64,000 bases of DNA. Origin: an uncultured bacterium (GTDB lineage: Bacteria; Chlamydiota; Chlamydiia; Chlamydiales; SM23-39). Numbering within the stretch: the first letter of the stretch is position 1; every line of letters begins with the position of its first letter. The stretch lies in assembly GCA_963716985.1 (NCBI GenBank), contig OY970323.1, positions 1,920,001-1,984,000 of the forward strand, written 5' to 3'. This document shows positions 42,201 to 52,440 of the stretch, one piece after another. Below the pieces are notes generated by a model that was not told the DNA's origin, ran no database searches, and was given only the letters and a program-made list of their open reading frames with translations. Position numbers and translations under genes: made by a program.

Positions 42201-42284
42201 GCAGAAGAGAAGATCGGACGCAATGATAACTGTCCCTGCGGCAGCGGAAAGAAGTATAAAAAGTGCTGCGGAATTCCTTCTTAA
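39234..42284 (+). CDS. secA: Preprotein translocase ATPase
   Basis: EMQTGEGKT, DEIDSILIDEARTPLIISG, TNMAGRGTDI and C-terminal SEC-C CPCGSGKKYKKCC. Confidence 0.98.
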   Translation: MFAFLKKIFGTAQGRLLKRYSGIVTDINEWEKKFQALSEEELKQKTFEFKERFQKGESLDALLPEAYAAIKNACRRLCGTDIHVFGYDQKWDMIPYDVQMLGAIAMHYGSIAEMQTGEGKTLTASLPLYLNALSGKPVHLVTVNDYLAKRDCEWIGIIFRYLGLSVSSLTNDTPLHKRKEVYAADIVYGTSSEFGFDYLRDNSMASSLEEQVQRKPYYFAIVDEIDSILIDEARTPLIISGPSDVNRQMYDTLKDGVATLVKLQRDLCNRLATEARKTLESLGVVKEEPAPPRLSKEEQELAEEAFRKLWLVSKGTPRHKILMRLKENPDLRAAIDRWETHFYSEQSKEEKIKALAHLFIIVDEKANEYELTDRGIHAWAEMHPNNEGSDDFVMLDLGYEYAKIEGDLSLSEQERMERKVRVREEDANRKERAHNLQQLFKAHLLMEKDVDYIVQENKIIIIDENTGRPQPGRRFSDGLHQAIEAKESVAIQGETQTYATITLQNYFRMYEKLSGMTGTAMTEANEFKEIYKLEVVEIPTYCSCNRNDADDEIYMTEREKYNAIIKEILFIHNQGRPILIGTESVEISEKLSRILKQNHLPHTILNAKNHSKEAEIIAEAGKRGAITLATNMAGRGTDIKLACEVKDLGGLHVIGTTRHQSRRIDRQLRGRSGRLGDPGSSKFYVSFEDSLMRLFASPRLTSMLQRFRPPEGEPISAKVLNKSIETAQKRIEQRNYMIRKHTLEYDDVMNRQRQEIYSFRNELLSSNDPISLAKELLTIVSFAVIPQYFTNRFSEKDWRAEEFRQWILVHFPVHFEKGAFDGEKVDLEQIEQLVSEKIVSAFVQKIAFQKQMILHLHPNGNEEDTISFLNNVIRNIMIRKIDHLWQEHLLSIDHLRADVHLRVVGQRDPLLEFKHEAFALFDHFSQRVKLEIAEDFFRFELIPPQQKKVQEILSQLQMDKERSFVPQPTQEAPPNEGEVPAAVSSSPAHAEEKIGRNDNCPCGSGKKYKKCCGIPS

Positions 42285-42456
42285 TTTTATTTCAATTTCA
42301 AAGCAAAAGGCATCAAGAAATAGAACAAAAGATTTGGGTGCATCTATTTTGTGACGACCCAAGTTTTTATAGATAAAATTTAAAAAAAATTATTTGCATA
42401 AAAATTCTTTTTTTCCGAACATATCAACCTTTGATTTTATAAGTCGTCCCTTTGAC

Positions 42457-42624
42457 CAGGGAAATTGCAAGAAGATTTGCGCTCATTGACTCTTAGTTGT
42501 TTATGTTTTTCAGGCGGATGAACAATCAAGGCTGAAAGGTTGGTTGCGTTGCTAAAAATTGGGTCTTTTCAAGGAGATCCATTTTTAAAGCAAAAATCAA
42601 GAAATTTTTCGTGCAATTTCCCTG
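42457..42624. mobile_element. 168-bp ISAs1-type MITE, copy A
   Basis: CAGGGAAATTGCA...TGCAATTTCCCTG; inverted homolog at 53036-53329; flanks do not match here. Confidence 0.85.
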
Positions 42625-42802
42625 CAGATCCGCCAAGGTTTTGCTTTCCTTCAATGCCTCGAGAGCAACTCTTCCTTTAAATTGGGCTTGATATGAAGCT
42701 CGTTTAGCCATAATATTTTTCTCCTTTTTTTGTTTTTTTGGAGAAAATCTTACACATGACTTTATTGCTTATTCAAGTGTCCAGTTTTTGGGGGGCAGCG
42801 CA
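42625..42802 (-). mobile_element. IS3-family left-end remnant with orfA start
   Basis: TGCGCTGCCCCCCAAAAACTGGACAC end; MAKRASYQAQFKGRVALEALKESKTLA. Confidence 0.7.
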
Positions 42803-42872
42803 ATTATTAATGGAGCGAAAAAGGAAAAATCCCTGCCTAAACTCATTAGAGATAGCGTTGGCAAGCGCGATC

Positions 42873-44591
42873 GTAAGTTCTCAAAAACCCTTGGTAAAGC
42901 ATAACGCCTCAAGTAAACTTAAATTTTTATTTTGTCTTTAAGGCTATTTCCATATATGATTTCAGGAATGAAACTGCAAATTCCTGAAATTCCCGAGAAT
43001 CTTGTTCTAGATCCAACCATCAACAAGTTGGTCGAATTGCTTCAGGTTTGCCTTAGGATCATTCAGGAATTGACGGAAGAAAACGCTCATCTCAAAGATG
43101 AAATTGCAAAACTTAAAGGTCAAAAACCACGGCCAAAATTATCCCCTTCAAGAACAGCTGATGATGCAAAAAATAAGCCGCCTCCCAAAAACTCTGATAT
43201 TCATCGTTCTTCTTCTCGCAGACAAAGAAAAAAAGAGCAAAAGACAGTTTTGCCCAACAATATTCCTGCCGGATCGATTTTTAAGGGCTATGATACCTAC
43301 AACGTTCAAGATCTCCGCATAGAGTCTCTTGAAATACAATTTCGCCTTGCGGTCTATTTGAGTCCTGACGGGTCACGTATTCGTGGAGAACTTCCCCCGG
43401 AATATCAACAAGGTCATTTTGGGGCGGAACTGATTGCTTATTGCCTTTCGCAATATCATCAATGCCATGTGACAGAGCCTCTTTTGTTAGAACAGCTTTA
43501 TGAAATGGGAATCGACATTTCCCCGGCGCAACTCAGCAATATTCTGATTCAGAACAAAGAAAGCTTTCACCAAGAAAAAGAAGAGATTCTCAAAGCCGGC
43601 CTGGTTTTCAGTAAATTTCTTAATGCAGATGATACGGGTGCAAGACACGATGGGAAGAACGGATACTGCACAGCCATCGGCAGTCCTTTGTTTACCTACT
43701 TTGAAAGCACAGGTTCTAAAAGTCGAATCAATTTTTTAAAAATCTTGCAGGGCAAGGAAGAATTGTATGCTCTAACGGAAGAGGCCATAAATTATGCTTT
43801 CGAGCATGGGATTGGAGAAAAATCTCTCGCAGCTCTGGAGAAGCATAAAGGTAAACAATTTCAAGAAAGCGCTTTTTGGGAAAATTTTCTTAAAAAACAA
43901 AAAATCGAATCTGAAAAAGATCGTAGAATTGCTACTGAAGCGGCTCTTTTAGGCGGGGCTTTGGAAAAAGGAGTCAACCCATTTCTGATTACGATAAGTG
44001 ATGCTGCAAGACAGTTTGCAATTTTTCTAAATGGGCTTTGTTGGGTCCATGAAGAACGTCATTATCGAAAACTGATTCCTCTATCAGATGTTGAAAAAAT
44101 AGAGCTTGAAATGGTTCGTTCAGATATTTGGGATTTTTATGAAGCGCTGAAAGAATACAAGAAAAAACCGACTCTTGTCCTGCAGAAAACTCTTGAAGAT
44201 CGATTCGATCAGATTTTCGGCAAAGCATACAAAAGTGCAGCCATAAATTCACTTCTTGCGAATACCCGGTCAAGAAAAGACGGGCTCTTGCTCGTCCTTA
44301 AGTATCCATTTATTCCTCTTCATAACAATGACTGCGAAAGAGATATCCGTGAATATGCAAAGCGGAGAAAGATCTCTGGAGGCACACGAAGCGAAGCTGG
44401 CCGCAAAGCCAGAGACACTTTTGCAAGTCTCAAGAAAACCTGCATGAAATTAGGCATCAGTTTTTGTGACTATTTGAAAGACAGGCTTGTAAATGCAAAA
44501 AAAATTCCCCGGATGAAAGATCTTATTGAACAAAAATCACAGGCATCGCCGGCAAGTTTTTAGTTTTTCCCAGACGTTTTTGAGAACTTAC
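42873..44591 (+). mobile_element. IS66-family element (single ORF)
   Basis: TIR GTAAGTTCTCAAAAAC; 8-bp TSD GCGCGATC. Confidence 0.92.
42968..44563 (+). CDS. IS66-family transposase
   Basis: ADDTGARH, LCWVHEERH and PLHNNDCERDIR...RKISGGTRS motifs. Confidence 0.9.
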   Translation: MKLQIPEIPENLVLDPTINKLVELLQVCLRIIQELTEENAHLKDEIAKLKGQKPRPKLSPSRTADDAKNKPPPKNSDIHRSSSRRQRKKEQKTVLPNNIPAGSIFKGYDTYNVQDLRIESLEIQFRLAVYLSPDGSRIRGELPPEYQQGHFGAELIAYCLSQYHQCHVTEPLLLEQLYEMGIDISPAQLSNILIQNKESFHQEKEEILKAGLVFSKFLNADDTGARHDGKNGYCTAIGSPLFTYFESTGSKSRINFLKILQGKEELYALTEEAINYAFEHGIGEKSLAALEKHKGKQFQESAFWENFLKKQKIESEKDRRIATEAALLGGALEKGVNPFLITISDAARQFAIFLNGLCWVHEERHYRKLIPLSDVEKIELEMVRSDIWDFYEALKEYKKKPTLVLQKTLEDRFDQIFGKAYKSAAINSLLANTRSRKDGLLLVLKYPFIPLHNNDCERDIREYAKRRKISGGTRSEAGRKARDTFASLKKTCMKLGISFCDYLKDRLVNAKKIPRMKDLIEQKSQASPASF

Positions 44592-45084
44592 GCGCGATCG
44601 CTCTATCAATCTGTTCTTTCTGAACTAAAACTCAGGTAATGCGTTTTAAAGCTTCTCCTCGGGTAGGTTCATCAGAAATAGCGTTGGCAAGCGCGCGCGC
44701 CCTATCAATCTGTCCTTGCCAAACTAAAGCCTCTAAAGCCTCGGTAATGCATCCTAAAGCCGATCCTCGCAAGAACTCATCAGAAATAGTGTTAGCAAGG
44801 GCGATCGCCCTATCAATCTGTCCTTGCTGAACTAAAACCTCGGTAATGCCTTTTAAAGCATGTCCTCGCGTGAACTCACGAGAGATAGTGTTGGCAATCT
44901 CGATCGCCCTATCAATCTGTCCTTGCTGAACTAAAGCCTTGGCGATACATCCTAAAGCCGATCCTCGCTTGGACTCATCAGAGATAGTGTTGGCAATCTC
45001 GATCGCCCTATCAATCTGTCCTTGCTGAACTAAAGCCTTGGCGATGCATCCTAAAGCCGATCCTCGCAAGAACTCATTAGGGAT

Positions 45085-46130
45085 ACGCGATGTGCGAGTT
45101 TTTCAAAGCAAAAAATCACACGTAAAAAAATAATTGAAAAATGACAAGTCCTTACTGCACACTGTTTTGCGACAAAACAACAACAGGAGTTCAGGACATG
45201 TCGATTGATGATTTTATCATAACCACCTTTTGTTTGATAGATGATGAGATGAAGAAGGTTCTTGCAGACGAGAAATTTCGTCAAAGAGGTCCCTCGCCTA
45301 GATTGAAAGACAGCGAGGTTATTACGATGGAGGTCGTTGGAGAATTTTTTGGAATGGACCGTGACAAAACCATTTGGGAATATTTCAAAAGGCACTGGTT
45401 GCATTTCTTTCCAAATATTCCTGCACGTTCGAATTTTGTCAGGCAAGCGGCCAACCTTCATGTAGTAAAGCGATTGTTACAAGAGAGTTTAGCAACTGAC
45501 CTACATGCTCTTTCTGATTCATTGCACATAATAGACGGGCTTCCTATTCCAGTTTGCAAATTTGCCAGAGCTCACTTTAGCAAAAATTTCAAGGGCGACG
45601 CTGCATATGGATATTGTGCTACAAAAAAAGAGCACTTTTATGGTTTTCGAGGCCATGTTGTCATCAGTTCAATAGGGGTGGTGACAGCAGCTACATTCGC
45701 CAAGGCAAACATTGATGAGCGCGATGTGTGTCCTGAGATTGTGGAAAAAATCGGAGGGCTTTTGTTGGGAGACAAAGGTTTTATACGACCTGGATTGAAA
45801 GAGTTGCTCAAAAAACAAGGGTTGTACTTGCAAACTTCGCTGAGAGAAAATATGAAAGATGAAAGACCGAAGAAATTTTTGAAATGGCTGGTAGGGACTC
45901 GGCGACTGGTTGAAACAGTTATAGGGCAGCTCAATGATAGATTTCGGATTGAAAAAGTATGGGCGCGAGATTTATGGCATCAATTTTCAAGATTTTGGAG
46001 AAAATTACTGGCGCATACTGTCGGCATTAAACTTAATGTAAACGCAGGGAACGAGCCTTTACAGTTTGACCAGTTGCTTTGTTCTTAAAAGCATAGGCGA
46101 TTTTTCGCTTTATAAACTCGCACATCGCGT
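45085..46130 (+). mobile_element. IS982-family element
   Basis: TIR ACGCGATGTGCGAGTTT; TSD TAGGGAT. Confidence 0.92.
45198..46088 (+). CDS. IS982-family transposase
   Basis: LKDSEVIT, IIDGLPIPVC, FYGFRGH, GDKGF and RRLVETVIGQL motifs. Confidence 0.9.
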   Translation: MSIDDFIITTFCLIDDEMKKVLADEKFRQRGPSPRLKDSEVITMEVVGEFFGMDRDKTIWEYFKRHWLHFFPNIPARSNFVRQAANLHVVKRLLQESLATDLHALSDSLHIIDGLPIPVCKFARAHFSKNFKGDAAYGYCATKKEHFYGFRGHVVISSIGVVTAATFAKANIDERDVCPEIVEKIGGLLLGDKGFIRPGLKELLKKQGLYLQTSLRENMKDERPKKFLKWLVGTRRLVETVIGQLNDRFRIEKVWARDLWHQFSRFWRKLLAHTVGIKLNVNAGNEPLQFDQLLCS

Positions 46131-47662
46131 TAGGGATAGTGTTGGCAATCTCGATCGCGCTATCAATAGAGATAGTGTTGGCAATCTCGATCGCTCTATC
46201 AATCTGTCCTTGCTGAACTAAAACCCGGGTAATGCCTTTTAAAGCTTCTCCTCGCTCGGACTCATCAGAGATAGTGTTGGCAAGCGCGATCGCGCTATCA
46301 ATAGAGATAGTGTTGGCAATCTCAATCGCCCTATCAATCTGTCCTTGCTGAACTAAAGCCTTGGCGATACATCCTAAAGCCGATCCTCGCTTGGACTCAT
46401 CAGAGATAGTGTTGGCAATCTCGATCGCCCTATCAATCTGTCCTTGCTGAACTAAAGCCTTGGCGATGCATCCTAAAGCCGATCCTCGCTCGGACTCAAC
46501 AGAGATAGTGTTGGCAAGCGCGCGCGCCCTATCAATCTGTCCTTGCTGAACTAAAGCCTCTAAAGCCTCGGTAATGTCATATAAAGCCGATCCTCGCTCG
46601 GACTCAACAGAGATAATGTTGGCAATCTCGATCGCCCTATCAATCTGTCCTTTCTGAATTAAAGCCCGGGTAATGCCTTTTAAAGCTTCTCCTCGCTCGG
46701 ACTCAACAGAGATAGTGTTGGCAATCTCGATCGCCATCTCAATCTGTTCTTGCTGAACTAAAGCCCGGGTAATGCGTTCTAAAGCCGATCCTTGCTTGAA
46801 CTCAACAGAGATAGTGTTGGCAAGCGCGATCGCCCTAGCAATGTGTCCTTTCTGAATTAAAGCCCGGGTAATGCATTCTAAAGCCGATCCTCGCTCGGAC
46901 TCATCAGAGATAGTGTTGGCAATCTCGATCGCCATCTCAATCTGTCCTTGCTCGAGCTGAACTAAAGCCTTGGTAATGTCGTATAAAAATTCTCCTCGCC
47001 TATTCTTGTCAGAGATAGTGTTGGCAAGCGCGATCGCCCTAGCAACCTGTCCTTGCTGAACTAAAGCCCGGGTAATGCATCCTAAAGCCGATCCTCGCTC
47101 GAACTCAACAGAGATAGTGTTGGCAATCTCGATCGCCCTATCAATCTGTCCTTTCTGAACTAAAACCTCGGTAATGCGTTCTAAAGCCGATCCTCGCTCG
47201 GACTCATCAGAGATAGTGTTGGCAATCTCGATCGCCCTATCAATCTGTCCTTTCTGAACTAAAACCTCGGTAATGCGTTCTAAAGCCGATCCTCGCTCGG
47301 ACTCATCAGAGATAGTGTTGGCAAGGGCGATCGCCCTATCAATCTGTCCTTGCTGAACTAAAGCCTTGGCAATGCATCCTAAAGCCGATCCTCGCTTGAA
47401 CTCAACAGAGATAGTGTTGGCAAGGGCGATCGCCCTATCAATCTGTTCTTGCTGAACTAAAGCCCGGGTAATGCGTTCTAAAGCCGATCCTCGCTTGAAC
47501 TCAACAGAGATAGTGTTGGCAATCTCGATCGCCCTATCAATCTGTCCTTTCTGAACTAAAACCTCGGTAATGCATTCTAAAGCCGATCCTCGCTCGGACT
47601 CATCAGAGATAGTGTTGGCAATCTCGATCGCCCTATCAACCTGTCCTTGCTGAACTAAAGCC

Positions 47663-47764
47663 CTAGTGCTCTGTCACCCTTTAATTTTAGGATAAATTGA
47701 CTTGAGTTTATGCCGACCGTTGCCAAACTTATAATCCTAAATTTTAACTATGACAGAGCACTAG
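47663..47764. mobile_element. CTAG hairpin MITE, copy 3
   Basis: Inserted in a repeat unit; sister repeats show a single CTAG-equivalent site, supporting the duplication. Confidence 0.93.
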
Positions 47765-49324
47765 TAATGCCTTTTAAAGCAAATTCTCGCACAAACTCAT
47801 TAGGGATAGTGTTGGCAAACATGATTGCCCTATCAATCTGTCCTTGCTGAACTAAAACCTCGGTAATGCGTTCTAAAGCCGATCCTCGCTCGGACTCATC
47901 AGAGATAGTGTTAGCAATCTCGATCGCCCTATCAATCTGTTCTTGCTGAACTAAAGCCCGGGTAATGCATCCTAAAGCCGATCCTCGCCCGAACTCAACA
48001 GAGATAGTGTTGGCAAACGCGATCGCCCTATCAATCTGTCCTTGCTGAACTAAAGCCTTGGTAATGCATCCTAAAGCTTTTCCTCGCAAGAACTCATTAG
48101 GGATAGTGTTGGCAAACGCGATCACCCTATCAATCTGTCCTTGCTCGGACTCAACAGAGATAGTGTTGGCAATCTCGATCGCCCTATCAACCTGTCCTTG
48201 CTGAACTAAAGCCTTGGTAATGCCTTTTAAAGCAAATTCTCGCACGAACTCATTAGGGATAGTGTTGGTAAACATGATTGCCCTATCAATCTGTCCTTGC
48301 CAAACTAAAGCCGTAGTAATGCGTTCTAAAGCCGATCCTCGCTCAGACTCAACAGAGATAGTGTTGGCAATCTCGATCGCGCTATCAATCTGTCCTTGCT
48401 GAACTAAAACCTCGGTAATGCGCTCTAAAGCCGATCCTCGCTCGGACTCAACAGAGATAGTGTTGGCAATCTTGATCGCGCTATCAATCTGCCCTTGCTG
48501 AACTAAAACCTCGACGATGCATCTTAAAGCCTTGGTAATGCATCCTAAAGCTTTTCCTCGCAAGAACTCATTAGAGATAGTGTTGGCAATCTCGATCGCC
48601 ATCTCAATCTGTCCTTGCTGAACTAAAGCCCGGGTAATGCATCCTAAAGCTTTTCCTTGCCCCGACACACCAGAGATAGTGTTGGCAAGGGCAATCGCCC
48701 TATCAATCTGTCCTTGCTGAACTAAAGCCGCGGTAATGCATTCTAAAACTTTTTCTCGCTCGAACTTATCAGCGATAGTTTGCGCGCGATCGATATCTTT
48801 GTAAATTTTTGTTAACTCAAAAACATCCTCAAAGAAATCGGGGATGCATAAACCTTTAGACAGTTTTAAACTTTGTAAGACTTCATCCGGTAAGGTTTTT
48901 AAGACATTTAAAACGATCTCTTTCTGCTGCAAAATTGATGTTTTCATGACCAGTAGATTTACTGAGCCGGAAACTATTTTAACTCCATCAATTTTTAAAA
49001 GTGTTTCCTTTTGCTCGGGAGATAGGTTTTCGCCTAGATTTTCAATTAGAAATTTTATAAAACAGTTTATTGAAGACGACTCTTTAGTGCCAACACTGGC
49101 TATCGCATTCATTTTCCATTGCTTGCTTGTGCAGCAGACTGCTGTCATACTCTCTTTAGGCAAAAAGCTAAAAAGATGTTGCAGCAATTTTGGTGGAAAA
49201 TCATCTGTTGTTGCCGCTTCTTCAGGGATAGCTATTTGTTGTGCTCTAGTTGCTAATGTAATTGCTGTCATGGCTTTGCCAAGCTCCGATAAATTTTTTT
49301 TTAAGAAATTGTGTCATTTTTGCT

Positions 49325-49530
49325 AGGGAAATTGCAAGAAAATTTTTGAAGCCTGTTGACGAGTAATTCTTTATAAATGTGTACTTTGTGGGTTTTTTAT
49401 AGCATGGAGACACTTATGAGTTTTTCATTACCAGCAAACGCACCCTTACTTCTTGCTTTCAGCGATTTACCCGATCCACGTAAGGATCTGTGAAAAAATA
49501 ACTTGAACCATTTCCTAACCCAGATTCTAT
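49325..49530 (+). pseudogene. ISAs1 left end and transposase 5' remnant
   Basis: AGGGAAATTGCA end; ATG at 49416 gives MSFSLP...FSDLPDPRKDL* then NLNHFLTQIL. Confidence 0.6.
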
Positions 49531-49727
49531 TTTTGGATACAAGGAGCTTAAGAAGGTATGCCCGAGCAATATGCTTCAAGCAAACGTTTCGGTTCAAGTC
49601 ATGACGCCCTCGCAAAGCGAGGGGCTTGATAGTTGTGAGCAGCCCTATGGGCTGCCAAGGAACTCCTAACAACTTTTTTTACCAAGCCACTTGGACTTGC
49701 CTGGATATGGTAGTGAGCAGCCCCAAG

Positions 49728-49992
49728 CTGGAGTTTGGACTAATTTCGCGTCTGAATCTGGTACAAAATCAGTTCAAATCTTGATTTGTGCTCTATAGCG
49801 ATTTCTGTCGGAAAACCATATTGCTTGATTTATTCGGGGGTTTGAGAAAATTGTCCAAAAATCTCAAACCCCCAGATAATTCGACTGCAACATCCTTTGT
49901 TGCTCTTGTTCTGCAGGTTAATCATAGGAGATGACGTTTAATTTAGACTGATTTCTGCGCCTCCTGGTCCCAGAAATTAGTCCAAACTCCAG
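49728..49992. mobile_element. 265-bp MITE, 20-bp TIR, 6-bp TSD CCCAAG
   Basis: CTGGAGTTTGGACTAATTTC...GAAATTAGTCCAAACTCCAG. Confidence 0.88.
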
Positions 49993-50034
49993 CCCAAGGG
50001 CTGCAGATGGCCTAACGAGCTTTAATTTTAGATG

Positions 50035-52390
50035 TTAAAACGAACCCTCTTCTTCATTTTGACTGTCTAAGCGCTCCTGATCTTTGATGTATGCTCGGAT
50101 TTTCTCTACTTCAAATCCAACGGTTGATATTGCATACCCTCGAGCCCACAACTGTTCTCCTGTGAAATTTCTCTTTTTACCACGAAATTGACGAGCAACT
50201 GCGATTGCACTTTTTCCTTTTATGTACCCTATCACTGATGCGGCTGGATACTTGGGAGGAATTTGAATCAACATGTGGACATGGTCAGGCATCATTTTCC
50301 CCTCCATAATTGTGCATTCTTTTTGACGAGCCAATTCTCGAAAAACGGGACCTAAAAATTTTCTTACTTGACCATACAATTTCTCTTTCCTGCATTTTGG
50401 GATAAATACCACGTGGAATTTGCAATCCCACCTGGAATGGGCTAAACTATTATATGACGATGTTGTATCGTTGGTGAGTAGAGGAGCGGATTGCTCCGCT
50501 TCCCCCTCCTCAGAACCAGGACTTGCAGGTTTCCCGCATCCGGCTCCCGAACAGTCCTTTTAGGTTTTGATTACCTTAGGAGTTCCTATGATGCATTTGA
50601 TTTTCCACTTCATTGGAAAGCCCACTTTTTCCAGAACTTTCTCGAATTTCTCCCAACTCATTTTCTTTCTGCCACCTTTCCTGTTGATCCATTTGAAGAT
50701 AGCTCTTTCGCATTGGAAGATAAATCCGTTTACCGCTCTAGAGTTGTCGGTCACTGCATGATAGTTGATCCACCCTTTGATGATTGGCAGTATCTGTTGA
50801 AACATTATCAAGGTTTTCATGGCTTTATTCTCTTTCAGAAATTTTGATAATCCCTGAAGTTTCGAGTGCTTCCGATCTCCTCTGCTGCGGACTTTTAATC
50901 TCCAGAAGTTCCCTTTCTGCGCTTTTTCCCAGAAGAAGGTAAATCCCAGAAATTTGAAAACAGGCAGCTTTTGTTTCTTGGCCGCCATTTCTGCTATTCT
51001 TTTCGATCCCGAGGAGTGCAGATGCGACTTGTCTTCGTGAACCGCAAGTCCATATTTCTGCAACCTTTGGGTAAACGCTCTATAGAACCTTTCCGCATCT
51101 TCACTGCATTCGAATACAAATACCATATCATCGCAGAAACGAATCGGAAAGATCTTTCCCTTGAGATATGTTCGAATGGATTCTATCCAACTATCCACCA
51201 CTTCATGTAGGTAGATATTTGATAAAATCGGTGAAGTGACCGATCCCTGTGGGCATCCGACTAAATTCTTTTGCACTACCCCATCGTTTGTGATGGTTTC
51301 TGCTTGCAACAGAATATGTATCAGCCTCAGGAATTTTGGATCGTTGATTTTCTTCTGTAGTATAGCCTCCATTTCCATATGTGGAATAGAGTTAAAATAC
51401 TTCCGAATATCAATCTCCAATAGAGCGCCATCTTTGCACTCGTATACTGCTTGGTGCAAAGCGGTAATAGCATCATGGCAGCTTTTCCCGGGCCTATATC
51501 CAAAAGAACTCGGCAGAAAGAGCGGTTCATAGATTTTGTTCAAAATCTCTCCCGCTGCCATCTGCACCAATTTGTCCTCTATGCAGGATATTGCCAGAGG
51601 TCTTTTGCCTCCATCTGCTTTGGGTATTTCAACTATCTTTGATGGTTGTGGCGCATATTGCGCCCGATGCACTTTCGCAGCGAGCATTCGGAGATTTTCC
51701 TCCAGATTTTTGCCATATGCTTCTTTTGTTATACCATCAATTCCTACAGCTTTAGTTCCATCAAGCTGTGCAAATGCTCTCATCAGCATTTCCTCGTTGA
51801 TAAGATGTCCCAGATTATTGAACACCAGATCATGATTTCCTGCCGAAAGATCTCCTATACGATCCAGCTTCATTGACACTGTATATCTGTCTTTGCTGTG
51901 TACAGACATTGTTTCCACCTTTTCGTTCGTTTCTGTTCTATCCACCCTTTGCTCCCCGATCGTTACTCGGTTCCTCGCTACTATGGTGGACTCCGCCATC
52001 CTTATCCCATCTTTGCAGTCTTACGTTCATGGCGCTTGAACCACAAATACTCCCTTCGGAGAGCAATAAGGACTTCCCAAGTTCCGTCACACTTCTCTAC
52101 AAGCTCGCCAATGCTTAATATCCCGGTGCTTGATGATCGCAGGGTTTCGCCATTTTGACCCGCTTCCCATCTGTTGCCTGCTCCTAATACGAAAGTTTCG
52201 GCTTGCACGATATACCTCTCGAGACTTAACGCATTCACCTCACGGTTTTGGCTCGAATGTTTCGCTATCTACGCTTCAGCTCTTTTGTTACCTCCGGAGT
52301 TGCAAGATTCGCTACATAATGTGGTGGCTATCCACTTTTTATGCCTGGACTTTCACCAGTAGAAGTGCGCAGCTTCTCTTGGCGCACCAT
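50035..52390 (-). CDS. tnpA: IS200/IS605 Y1 transposase, spliced: exon 1 = ATG 52388-52390, exon 2 = 50035-50469
   Basis: Joined MDTTSSYNSLAHSRWDCKFHVVFIPK; HUH motif DHVHM; LWARGY; YIKDQ. Confidence 0.88.
50470..52387 (-). ncRNA. Group II intron (1918 nt)
   Basis: 5' GTGCG; domain V GAGCCGGATGCGGGAAACCTGCAAGTCCTGGTTC; domain VI hairpin; 3' AC. Confidence 0.92.
50560..51909 (-). CDS. ltrA: Group II intron reverse transcriptase/maturase, no endonuclease domain
   Basis: KAVGIDG, IPKADGGKRPL, SFGYRP, GCPQGS, RFCDD, FLGF and GWINY motifs. Confidence 0.93.
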   Translation of the reverse strand: MSVHSKDRYTVSMKLDRIGDLSAGNHDLVFNNLGHLINEEMLMRAFAQLDGTKAVGIDGITKEAYGKNLEENLRMLAAKVHRAQYAPQPSKIVEIPKADGGKRPLAISCIEDKLVQMAAGEILNKIYEPLFLPSSFGYRPGKSCHDAITALHQAVYECKDGALLEIDIRKYFNSIPHMEMEAILQKKINDPKFLRLIHILLQAETITNDGVVQKNLVGCPQGSVTSPILSNIYLHEVVDSWIESIRTYLKGKIFPIRFCDDMVFVFECSEDAERFYRAFTQRLQKYGLAVHEDKSHLHSSGSKRIAEMAAKKQKLPVFKFLGFTFFWEKAQKGNFWRLKVRSRGDRKHSKLQGLSKFLKENKAMKTLIMFQQILPIIKGWINYHAVTDNSRAVNGFIFQCERAIFKWINRKGGRKKMSWEKFEKVLEKVGFPMKWKIKCIIGTPKVIKT

Positions 52391-52392
52391 AT

Positions 52393-52440
52393 TCTATACT
52401 CCTTTTGGTTGACTCGCTAAGCCATCCAAAGGAGTATAGA
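52393..52440 (-). promoter_or_regulatory. Stem-loop sequestering the tnpA ribosome-binding site
   Basis: TCTATACTCCTTT...AAAGGAGTATAGA pairs over AAGGAG just before the ATG. Confidence 0.65.

Larger units (their letters stand above)
42803..49271 (-). pseudogene. F-box-like protein with about 30 tandem 33-aa repeats, disrupted
   Basis: FPPKLLQHLFSFLP...SKQW N-terminus; 99-bp repeat period; removing the MITE and IS982 gives 3489 bp in frame to TGA at 44632; repeat sequence continues past the IS66. Confidence 0.85.

Noticed and set aside
46935..46960. Frameshift in the repeat gene
   Set aside because: The CTCGAG insertion is 6 bp and in frame; the ORF track simply starts at the first ATG
44592..48780. 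CRISPR array
   Set aside because: Units are 99-bp in-frame coding repeats without unique spacers, and no cas genes are present
44632..49271. True TALE or ankyrin protein
   Set aside because: Only the 33-aa length agrees; no LTP..VVAIAS..GG or TPLH motifs
49397..49672. 91-aa minus-strand ORF
   Set aside because: Spans IS200 end hairpins and the antisense of an ISAs1 remnant; likely spurious
44592..51999. Diversity-generating retroelement (RT beside variable repeats)
   Set aside because: The RT lies inside a group II intron with domains V/VI; repeat differences are not adenine-specific and no TR/VR pair or avd is seen
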